Assembly: GCF_036971445.1 (NCBI RefSeq)
Contig: NC_091474.1
Location: forward strand, 176,886,001-176,950,000
Reading direction: 5' to 3'
DNA: 64,000 bases
Source: Narcine bancroftii
Lineage: Eukaryota
Shown piece after piece: positions 37,735 to 49,300 of the stretch. Position numbers and translations under genes: made by a program. The first letter of the stretch is position 1, and each line of letters begins with the position of its first letter. The notes under the pieces were generated by a model that was given only the letters and a program-made list of their open reading frames with translations, had not been told where the DNA came from and ran no database searches.

Positions 37735-38507
37735 ATTAAAAAAAATGGTGGTCCTGCTGGAGCTGCAATGGCAGCACTACTGCAGTTGTGGACCCAAGAG
37801 AGGGGAGCAGAGAGACACAGCGCTGCTCTGCAGAGTCCAGCTGCCTGGTCCTGATGTCTACAGCTCAGTATAGGCATTAAAAAGCCTCTTAAAGGAGACA
37901 ATGGTGGTTTTGATTAAAATCCTCCCACTGTTCGGTTTGTGCCCGTGATCGCGGTGCCTGCACTGGGCAGTGACCTTGAGGGGTTGTAGATTCTGGGGCA
38001 TTAGCAAACTGGTGTTGGGCACCAAAAACAGGGAGAACACCCTCCATTACAAAGGAGAAGCAAATGAGCCGACCCAGCAGGACAGTGACAACAGCAGTGG
38101 ACCAGTGACTGAAAGACCTTCACTGGCTGCGGGCTGCTGAAGACTGGCTCATAGAAACCAGATGCTGGAATTGAGATTGGAGAGGTTGCTGAGGGAAAGA
38201 GGCGCTCCTGAAGGACCTAGGGTGTTGAAGGCTTCCTGCTCATATCAGTGGTTTAGATCTGGTGCTTGGGTAGCCAATAGATAGAGCAGGGGTCCATGAA
38301 GCTGCAGAGGCTTCGGGACTACTGGAGATGAATCCAGGGACACTCACTGTCTCTGAAGGTACTCTATTTTGCTTCTCTTTCTCTTACTGTAAGGGGTGCC
38401 GGGCAATACATATAGCATCTCTTTATCTGCCTAACGGTAGGCATAAGAACATTTTGTGTAATATTACATTTTTTGTATTATTACATGACAATAAAGGAAT
38501 CTTGAAT
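37735..38507 (+). mobile_element. Non-coding retroposon with a Rex1-like tail
   Basis: GC-richer body ending attacatgacaataaaggaatcttgaat; related 3' end at 31738. Confidence 0.5.
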
Positions 38508-38949
38508 AGGCATGCTAGTGTAATAGTTAGTACCCCACTATTACAGAAGGGCCTGTTACTGTGCTCTAAATTAATATTAAAGTATGAAATGTTGACTCCA
38601 CATATTATGGCACTGGTAAGTCTGAAGATGCACTATTAGATCTAGGTTAGTTCTGCATATTGTATTGGCAAAAGTCAAAGAAGTTTCTGGTGATTGTGAT
38701 GCAAACATTGATATGAGGAAAGATTGAACACGTCAGGCTTATACTCTTTGGAATGCGGAAGAATGATTGATCTTATGAAAATAAGATCGTGGGGTGGCTT
38801 CCTCCGATGCAAGTATCTAGAACAAGGAGATATAATATTAGATAAGTCTATCTAATATTATATATCAGGTAAAATGAAATAGGGAGGAATTTCTTCTCTC
38901 AAGATCATGAATCTGGAATTCTCTACACTGTGGAGGCTAAATCACAGAT

Positions 38950-41390
38950 TTTTTCATGGTACTCAACAAAAGTATATTCCAGTTAAAAACAAGGACAGTA
39001 AAGGGTGGGGACAGCCAGCCTTGGATAGCTCAGGAAATAGAGGAAGGAATCAAGCAAAAAGCTTGTGTGTACAAGGTCGCCAGGAGCAGTGGGAAACTAG
39101 AAGGTTGGGAAAACTATAAAAAGCAACAAAGAACCACAAAGCGAGCAATAAAGAGAGGGAAGATAGATTATAAAACAGGGTTAGCAAAAAATATAAAATG
39201 AACTAAATTTTAAAATAATTATATGAAGTGCAAAAGGGTGGCTAAAGTGAAGCTTGGTCCCTTGAAAGACAGGTAGGTAGAGATGAGCCTATCATCAGAT
39301 CAGCTATGATCTCACCGAATGGCAGGGCAGGCTCGACGGGACGGATGGCCTACTTGAAAAATGATAAGGGGGAATTGATATTGGGTAATGAGGAAATGGC
39401 TGAGACTTTGAATGGCTATTTTTCATCAGTCTTCATGGTGGAGGACACATCAACCATGCCAAAGAGAGATGCTATGGATATGATGGGAGGTGATGACCTA
39501 GATGCAATAGTTATCATTAAAGAGGTAGTAATAAGCAAACATGGGTCTAAAGATAGATAAATCCTCTGGTCTTGATGGAATGCATCTCAGGGTACTGTAA
39601 AAAAAAGGCAGCAGTTAGAGCAGAGACTTTAGTGATAATGTACCAAAATTGCCTGGACTCTGCAAAGGTCCCAGTGGATTGGAAGATGGTGAATGTAATG
39701 ATTATTTTTAAAAAAAGATGCAGGCAAAAGTCAGGGAACTATAGGCAAGTTAGTTTTACATCTGTGCTGGGGAAAATGGTTAAATCTGTCATAAAAGAAG
39801 AAATAGCGAGGTATCTGGAGCTAAATGGATCCATCAAGCAGATGCAGCATGGATTTAGCAAAACCAGGTCCTGCTTGACAAACACTGAATTTCTTTGAGG
39901 ATATGATGAGCACTGTAGATAAAGGGGAACAGATGGACTTTGTTTACTTTGATTTCCAGAAGATATTCGAGAAGGTACTGCATGAAAGATTTATACATAA
40001 GATAAGGATGCATAAAGTTGGGGGGGGGGGGGTGATGTATTATGGATGGAGTATTGGTTAACCAATAGAAAACAGAGAGTTGAGATACCAGGGGTGTTTT
40101 TCTGGTTGGCAATCTATGGTGAGCGAGGTTCCACAGGGGACAGTGCAGGGCCCACAATTGTTCACGATATTCATCAATGATCTGGAAGAAGGGACAAAGT
40201 GTAATGTATCTAAGTTTGCTGAAGACACTAAATTGATTTGAAAAGCAAATTGTGTAGAGGACATGGAGAGCTTGCAGAGAGATATAGACAGATTAAGTGA
40301 ATGGGTAAGAGTCTGGCACATGGAGTACAATATTGGTAAATGTGAGATTATCCATTTTAGAAGGAAATATGGAATATCAGATTATTATTTAAATGTCGAA
40401 TGATTACAGTATGCTGGTGTGCAGATAGACTTGGGAATGCTTGTGCATAAATCACAAAAGGTTTGTTTGCAGGTGCAGCAGGTTAACAGAAAGGCCTTCA
40501 TTGCTAGAGGGATGAAATTTAGGAGCAAGGAGATTATGCTGCAACTGTACAAAATACTGGCGAGGCCACATCTGGAGTACTGCATACAGTTCTGGTCTCC
40601 TTGCTTGAGGAAGAATGCACTGGCTTTGGAGGTGGTCCAGAGGAGGTCCACCCAGGTTGATTGCAGAGATGAGGGCTTAGCCTATGAAGAGAGATGGAGC
40701 CATCTGGGGCTGTACTCACTTGAATTTAGAAGAATGAGTGATTTTTTAGAAATTGACCACCGCCAGTGGGCTGATATCGCCTCAAACCGTGCATCTTGGC
40801 GCCTCACAGTTAGGAGGGCAGCAACCTCTTTTGAAGAAGACCGCAGAGCCCACCTCACTGACAAAAGACAAAGGAGGAAAAACCCAACACCCAACCCCAA
40901 CCAACCAATTTTCCCTTGCAACCGCTGCAACCGTGTCTGCCTGTCCCACATCGGACTTGTCAGTCACAAACGAGCCTGCAGCTGACGTGGACATTACCCC
41001 TCCATAAATCTTTGTCCGCGAAGCCAAGCCAAAGAAAGAAGATAAAATTATGAATGACAAATTGAAGATAGAGGTAGGAAAGTTGTTCCCAATTGTGAGG
41101 GAGACTAGAACTAGAAGACATCACCTCAAGATCCAGGGTAGTAGATTTAGGATAGAGATGCTTTTCCAAGAGAGTGATGAATCTGTGAAATTTGCTGCCC
41201 ATTGAAGCAGTGGAGGCTGCCTCAGTAAATATATTGGATAGATTTTAACAAAGCTTGGGGATTAAGGTATATATAGAAAAGGCAAGTAGTTAGGATGAGC
41301 CTATCATCAGATCAGCTCTAATCTTGTTGAATAGCAGAACAGGCTCGATGGGATGGATGGCTTACTCCTGCCTGCTCCTATTTCTTATGT
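38950..41390 (+). mobile_element. CR1 ORF2 (post-endonuclease to 3' UTR), decayed, with two insertions
   Basis: PWIAQEI; EEMAETLNGYFSSVF; PVDWKMVNV..GNYRQVSFTSVLGK; QHGF; KFAEDTKL; RPHLEYCIQFWSP; tail tttcttatgt. Confidence 0.9.
40752..41040 (+). mobile_element. Young RTE copy 2 (3' ~290 bp) inserted in CR1
   Basis: IDHRQWADIASNRASW...SHKRACS*; tail gccaagccaaagaaagaa. Confidence 0.9.
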
Positions 41391-43199
41391 ACTTATCTTC
41401 ATTCTGTTCATTGATCCTACAGCAGACAAACACAAAGGTTCTTATAACTGTTCAAACTTTTACAATATCGCATATTATTAATTTCCCTGCAGATGTAGTT
41501 GGTAGAACCACAATCACAATTTATTGAAAAACTTTCATTTTAAAGAGATTCTCCAAAAATCTTCTGGAATAATTTGGCAGGGTAAAATATATCAATTAAC
41601 CCAAACATTCTTTGGACTTATCAGGTATGATCTCTTCATGAACTTTCCTCTTCTGCAAGTACCACCCTTTTTATGTGTTCTATAAAGCATGCATAACTGA
41701 GATAGAAACAGCTGTGAAAACATTTGGAAGTTGTTATCTTCCATGGTTTGTATACAGTAATGATGCTTCTCTTACATTACTTTGAATTTTTCTATGAAAG
41801 TGAACCAGATGGCTGTTTCACACAATGCTGCAGATTATAAACTTCTCATCCAAGATCTCAACTCCAAAGTCCATAATGTTAATGGCTTCTACTTTCTGGT
41901 TCAATGTGCGGTTTTTTAAAACTTCAGTGTTATTGCCCATAGTATAGCAGGCAGTTGCTGCAAATGTCCTGGGTATCTATTAAGAATGTATATATGGACA
42001 CTTGGACAGAGGACAAGGAAAATAAACATCAGGCTCATTTTTCTGCTGCTCCAGCTGCAATTATATGAATGACGGAAAAACAGCTGAGGCGATGGGATTG
42101 TTGACCTCTTGAAATTCCTCTTCTTCCAACTAACCTCGCTTGTGTACATTCTCGCTTTCAGCTGCCAGTCTTGACAATCAGAGCAGCCCAATCAGAGCCT
42201 TGCCAAAGGCAGTACACAGTTGGGGTCATTGACATGTTGCTGTGAGTCTCTTGAAATTAATGCATTTATTGGAACCAGATGATTCACATCACTGAGGATA
42301 TATAGGTCTGGGAATGGTTGGGAGGATTTCCAACTTGATTTTATAGCTCAAAGTTCTCTGATAGATTCCACAGGCAGATAGATATTCAACAAGGACACAC
42401 TAACTCACATTTCATTAAGGTCTGTTGAAAATTAAATTTTGCATTCAAGGTTGCAATTAGAAAGCACATGAGAACAATGCTTGGCCTGCAATTTTCTTTC
42501 ATTGTGCACACAATTATGTAAAATTACAATTCCATTGTTCCCAATGTAGTGAAAGATAGGAATCTTATCCAGAGATTGTTCAGGCTAAAGTGGAGAGTAT
42601 GCAATGAAGCAGCTATGGTTGCATATTATTTTATTGTAATGAGATGGAATAAGTGGTTGCTATTTTCAAAAATATTTGAAAATTAGCTCTCATGCACTAT
42701 CACTCAAAGTGTGATTCATTTCTCATTGTAATACAGGCTGAAGTTTACGAGAGAAATTGCAATGAATGCGAGCAGTTAATTTAATGATGAAGTCAATGAA
42801 AGGAATCCCTTCACCTTGTAAGGTTTCACATGGGGTGAATAGTTATGGGGGAAGCAATTCAGATATGAAAACTCTGATTAAATTGGCTTATGCTTAGACT
42901 AGGAAGGTGAAGGACAATTGTAACCTGCACTGTTGGGGATCAGCCACTTAATAAAGACTACAAACCTGCATTTCATTTTAATAGTTTTCTCTTGACTCTG
43001 CTCTATTTGACATTGTATATTCACTTTTGTTTGTTCCTTTGTTTATTTGTTATCGAACTAGCTGCAGTTATGAGGACTTGCCTGGATAGCATGTAAAACA
43101 TGACTTAGAAATCTATCTTGGAACATGCAATATTAAACTATCAATTAAATTGTGGGAAGGCAGGAAGGAAATTGTTGGGCCTTGACAGACATTTTTGAC

Positions 43200-46170
43200 T
43201 CATCATGTAAGAGAGGGAAGTTCTGGAGGATTGGAAAATGGCAAATGTGATGCCATTATTTAGAAAAGGCTGTAAGGATAATCTGGTCAACTACAACCTG
43301 TTAGTCTAATGTCAGTGATTGGAAAACTGCTGGAGACGCCTCTGAGAGATAGAATCTATCAACATGTGGATGGTGTATTGGGAAAGGTTGTGGCTTTCAC
43401 ATGACAGCACTGCCCCCTACCTAGTCAGAAGACACCCCAACTGCCAATCAAGGCCTCACCCATTAGTGCACATCTTGCTGTGGGACAGATGAAAATTACC
43501 TGGACTGGACTCTCCAGCCTTCCTGTACTTGGCTTTGGGCCATTGGCTGTTGGAACTAATGAAGGAGGACATGTTGTTTAGTGTTGACCACCTGGGCCCA
43601 CAATCCTTTTCCATAAGACTCTATGATTTGAATTCAATGCAAAAGGCTGGCCCATTCGAGACTGTGGATATGCTTAACTTTTGGGTGAATGGGGAAGCCA
43701 AGATGGAATAGCAACTCTCATCAGAATTAGGGAAGCTGTTGCTGAAGATGCGGAGAGATAGGATTTACAAGCATTTGGAAGGGTAAGGTCTGAGTAGATC
43801 ATGTCTTTCAAACTTTACTAATGTTTTTGAGTAGATGGTAAAGGAGGGTAAGGCAATAGATATCATCAACGTGTACTTTGATAAGGCATTTGGCATGACA
43901 TGCTGATCCAAAAGGCACAGATGCATGGGATCTACAATGATTAGAATGTCTGGATTCGGAATTGGCTGGCCCACAGAAGTCAAGGTGGTACAGGCATGTT
44001 ATTCTGGCTGGAGGTCTGTGATGAGTCATGTTCCATGGGACCAATGATGGGACCCCTGTTGTTTGTGATATATATGTTGATGACTTGGATGCAAAGGTAG
44101 GTGAGTGGGTTAGGACATTTGCAGATGAGGCAAAGATTGGCAGTGTTGTGAACTGCATAGAATGCTATGAAAGAATACACCAGGGTATAGATTGATTTGT
44201 GATATGGACAGAGAAATGGCAGATGGATTTTAATCTAGACAGGTATAAGGTTTTGCAGTCTGGGAGATCAAAATAGTTAAGTATGAATTAATGACAGTTA
44301 TAAGAACCTTTGTGTTTGTTTGAATTAATGGCAGGAGCCTCAACAGCACTTTTGTACAGAGACATATGGGGATCCAAGTCTATACACACAAGTAGATGGG
44401 CTGATATGACATCTTTGCCTACATTGGTTTGGGTATTGAGTATAAGAGTGAGGAAGTAATGTTGCAGCTAGCTAATATCTTGGTTAGGCTGCACTTGGAG
44501 TACTGTGATCAAACAGGAAAATGGGCAAGGGAATGGCTGATGGAATTTAAAGTGAGGTGATGCATTTCGGCACTTACTCAGTGAATGGTAGGGCCCTGGG
44601 GAGTGTTATTGAACAGCAAGTCCTGGGGGTACATGCACATTGTTACCTGTAAAAAGTAACACACATGCAGACAAGGTGGTGTAGAAGATGTATGATATTA
44701 TTTTTAGACAGGAGAATGCAGATAGTTGAATTTAAAGCAGAGAAATAAAGGGCTGGAGGAACTCAACAAGTGAGGCTGCATCCAAAGAAGGAAAAGGACA
44801 GTCAGTGTTTGAGATTGAAAACTTTATTCACGACTGCTATGCCAGCCATAATCATCTGAGATATTGAGTATATAGGTTGGGTTACTATGTTAGTTGTACA
44901 AATTTTTGGCTAGGTTACACTTGAGTACTATGTACAGTTCTAATCCCTATGCCAAAGGAAAGATGTGATTAGGTTTGAAAGAATGCAGAATGATTTTGCA
45001 GAAATGTGGCCTGGACTGGAGAGTTTGAGCAATATGGGGAGATAGGATTGCTTTCTCTGGAGCAACGTAGGCTCAGAAGTGATGTTATTGAGGCTTATAA
45101 AATTGTGAGAGGCATGGACTGGGCAGATAGTCATGGTATTTTTGCTAGGGTTGGAGAGTATAAAACTAGATAAAGGGTTCAGGCCCAAAATGTTGTTATA
45201 TCTTTGCCTCCTATGGACACTATGGGTCCTGCTGTGTGTCTCCAGCACTTTCGTGCAAGAATGACAGTCACAGCATCTGTACATTTTCTTGCTTCACTAA
45301 AACTGGAGGGTGTAGGTTCAATATGACCAAGAAAATATTTGAAAGGGAAAATGAGGGGCAAGTTTTTCACATGGATTTCAGGGAGTGGGGGAATGGAATG
45401 AGCTGCCAGAGGAGGTTGGAAAGGCAAGTACAATAACAATTATTGAAAAGACGTTTGAAAGGGTTGATGGATCACAATGGTTTAAAGAGATATGGGCAAG
45501 ATGCAGAGAAATGGATTGGTGTAGATGGGCAACTTGGTTGACATGGAAGAGCTGGCCAAAAGGTCCATTTACATGCTATGAATCTATGAACCTATGAAAA
45601 AAAGAACAGTGCAATAGTGGTTGAAAATATGTTGGCTTGACAAAATTGTGATTTTCAATAACAGGAATTTGAAAGCAACTTGAATAAACAGAATTTCTTT
45701 TCACAAGTTGCCAATCTGATCTAGGTGGAGAATATGGTCTGGGTATGCCAAAAATTTAAAAACAGGGTCCATGAAATGTTGGATAGCTCTTGGACTGTCC
45801 TCCATGGAGTTCAGAAGAATGAGGGGGTGGGGGGGGACCTCATAGAAACATTTTGAATGTTGAAAGAGCTGGATAGAGTAGATGTGGCAAAGTTGTTACC
45901 CATGGTAGGGAAGACTGGCTCAAGAGGGCACATCTTCAGGATTAAAGGGCACCCATTTAAAAGAGGTGCAGAGGAATTTCTTTAGCCAGAGAGTGGTGAA
46001 CTTCTGGAATTTGCCATCACGGGCAACTATAGAGACCAAGTTGTTAGGGTGTATTTAAGGAAGAGATTGACAGTTAGGTTTATGGGGAGAAGGCAGGAAA
46101 ATGCATCAGCTCATGATGGAATGGTGGAGCAGACTTGATGGGCAACACTGCCTACTTCTGCTCCTATATA
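43200..46170 (+). mobile_element. Mosaic of old CR1 fragments with small insertions
   Basis: EDWKMANVMPLFRKG..NY.PVSL; FADEAKIG; repeated 3' ends (atgctatgaatctatg at ~45580; tctgctcctatat at ~46160); Penelope-type pieces inserted. Confidence 0.7.
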
Positions 46171-47284
46171 TTTATTTGTGTACAATGTGCATTTAGAACA
46201 ATTTGGAATAATTAACCTTTTTTATTTGAAGCAAACATTTTCAATGTGTGCACATTAATTACCTGGTACGTGAGCAAATCATTAATGACTCGACATCAAA
46301 ATAGAGGAGTCCTCTGTCCTAATGTTATTTATATTTTGTACCTGCTGATAGAACTGGATCTGGCATAGCTGTGATACACTTTTGTCAAATAATCTGTCAA
46401 CGCTCATAAGATAATGATAAACTCATAGAGAGGAATAAGCACTTGGGCCAGAGCTGATAGGGTCAAGAGAACTGTTTTCAACACCGGCCAAAAATGGAAT
46501 AAAGCAGGAACAATAAATGAAAAGAACAATCTTGATTTGTATGTAAAATGATAAGGTAAAATTTCCATTAATTCAGTTTATATAGTGTATTAATCAAGCA
46601 TATCATGCACTGCAAATTGTCGTACATTTATCAGCATATGTCATGCTTTGTCTTGTGTCTTCACCAGCATGCTGTTTAGCACTTCAGCCAATGAATGCAT
46701 TGAGTGTGCTTCAGTGTGAAAATATCCTTAGCATTAACAAGGGCTGCTGTCACCATCATACACTTGTTTCATCCACTGGATGTGTGGTTAATGCTGACAG
46801 AGAACAGAACTGTAGCTTTGTGTTTGACCATGGTATATGATGCCAGTATTTTAATGCACTTCCACTAAAACATTAAATTTAAAAAAAAAACTTTAAAATG
46901 CCAACATTCACGAATTAAACAATTAATTTGCCACTTGCTCACATTTCACCTCAATATAGTGTCCAAGTGACTTGTTACTGTTTAAAAAATCCTCTTCCTC
47001 AGCCGACAACAAAATTATCATGTAGCACCAACATTCAGGCCAGATATACCGCTATAATTCACAGGAGTATTATCAAATAATAACTAGCTAAAAATTGGGA
47101 ATGCTATTAATATGTTCAGCCAAAGAAATTGGAAGATGAATGCATTTGGCAAAGTTTAAGTACAGAGTTTCAGACATCAGCTAATGGTAGAAATATTAAA
47201 CTGATGTAATTTGCACTGAAAATGTATGTATTGTAATCTCATAATTATAATGTTAATGGAATTATAAAACCAATATAAGTTTTC

Positions 47285-47860
47285 AGTTTAGGAGTAAACA
47301 TTTCCAGTGACCTGACCTGGAGCAACCATGCTGATGTGATAGTCAAGAAACCACAATATTGCACTGCTTTCTTAGAGGACTAAGGATGCTTAACTTTTCC
47401 CAAATGTCCCTCAGCAACTTCTACAGCTCCACCATCGAAAGAACACTTGCTGGATGCATCACAGCATCGTATAGAGGCTGCCCTGCTCAAAATTGGAGGA
47501 TGCTTCAGAAGGTGGTGAATACAACTCAGAAGATTGTACAAATTTCCTCTCATGCATCTACATGTAGTCAGCATCTACATCTCCTGGTGCCAAGGAGTGC
47601 AGAAGACACACTGAACGGCCCATTACACCTTGGACAAACTCTCTTCTCTCTCCCCACGTTGGGGAGATTGGGTGGAGGAGGTTTAAATTAATAACAGTTG
47701 GATACAATCCATAAAGTGCAAGATTCTAGGGTACAGAACAGGCTGGCCCAGCCAGCACACATTAACTGCCCAGCAGGAGAGAGTCAGCACTGATAATGCA
47801 GAAAGGGACAATTCTCTGTAGTGTGGTTTAGATAGCAGTAAACTATTATCTGAATCTGAC
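47285..47860 (+). mobile_element. Old Rex1/Babar 3' fragment
   Basis: LSNFYSSTIERTLAGCITASY..LQKVVNTTQKI; tail tctgaatctga. Confidence 0.7.
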
Positions 47861-49084
47861 AAATTCGGCTTTTGTACTTTACAGCCTTTATCAATTAGTC
47901 CTGCAGCTGTATTGCAAAGGATATGGCTAGAAAAGACTTTGAGCTCTCTCTTGAAAGGAAGTCCCCCTTTGGAATTCTTGCAAGCCTGATGTCTTTCATG
48001 ATTCTTGGCTCAGAGATCCTAAAATAATATTTGACTATATCAGTGAAAGTAAGGAAACTTTGGGTATCAATCCAAGGTTCTACATAGAATATGGAATTTG
48101 AAGCATTTAAATATGTGAGGGTAGTGCCTGAGGAACAAAATACCCCAAAGGCAGGGTCCAAGTCAAGATTAGGGAGGAATCTGCAGTTAAACTTGAAAGC
48201 TTCTTCACAATTTTCCATTGTTCTGCACAAAGATAGGAAGATTTCCATTGCATTGACATTTAATTTGATCCAATTGTCTGGTGTAATCAAGGTCCATAAA
48301 ACACTGTAATTTGATTTGTAGATTGGTGTGAGAGTTGTGGTGGTAAGATGCAAGGTTCTCTGGCTGGCTGCTATTATTCCACAATAGTCCTGAATGCTCA
48401 GTTATTTTGCCCAGGTGACCATTCCCATTCTTTTGAATAAATACATTTTTCCTTATTTATGTCCGAAACGGTCACCTTTTCCTGAGATGTTATTCTCAAG
48501 TTGTAGGTTCTCCAGTTTGAGGAAACAATCTCTCAACATCTATCCTGTCAGTCCTTCTTGGAATCTTGTATCTCACAATCTATTCATCTCCAATAACTGT
48601 AGCCATGAGATTGCCTCTTCATGCAGAAATCAAACTAAGCAAACTAAATTTAGGTTAGGATATCTTTGTTCAGATATCAGTCCTTTAAAGACTATATCAG
48701 TCCTTTAAAGATTATATATTGGATGCGTCCAATAAAATTTCAGCAAGATTTTATATTTTGATACTCTAATCTCCAAAACAGTAAGAACAAAGGAATAATT
48801 AAAACCCATTGCATCTGCTCTGCCATCGAATTAGATCACAGCTGATCTGGCCATGGACTCAGTTCCATCAAGCTGCCTTTTCCCATTACTCATTTCTCCT
48901 ACAGATGCAAAAATATATCTAATTCCATATTAAATATATTTAATGAGGTAGCCTCTTCTGTTTCTTTGGGTAACGGATCATTTTCCTCCGTCATTGAATG
49001 TTTATTTTCTTAATTACATCTCTATTATTAACAATTGTGGATTTTCAGTGCTTTAAAATTTCCAGTTTTTGGTTATTTTGTTTT

Positions 49085-49300
49085 AATTAGATGTTCAGCA
49101 CAGTAACGGGCCCATGGGCCCATTCTACCCAAATACACCAATTAATGTACAAACCCTGTATGCTTGATGGGGTGGGAGGAAACTGTAGCACCTGGGGAAA
49201 CCCATGCAAATACAGGGAGAACGTACAAACTCTCAACAGACAGCACCAGATTTGAACCAAGGTTGCTGGAAGTGTAATAGTGTTGCACTAACCGGTTAAT
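49085..49300 (-). mobile_element. V-SINE/HE1-like SINE
   Basis: gggaggaaactgtagcacctggggaaacccatgcaaatacagggagaacgtacaaactc core. Confidence 0.75.

Noticed and set aside
40419-40985. 188-aa CR1-RTE chimeric ORF
   Set aside because: Chance in-frame junction of an RTE insertion within a decayed CR1
43374-43700. Possible LTR fragment beginning tgtattggg within the CR1 mosaic
   Set aside because: No right terminus or TSD could be identified
47895-48353. 152-aa minus-strand ORF in non-repeat sequence
   Set aside because: No recognisable domain, non-ATG start and no splice-supported context
48674-48715. 20-bp tandem duplication (atatcagtcctttaaaga.t)
   Set aside because: Ordinary slippage duplication with only two units; not an array
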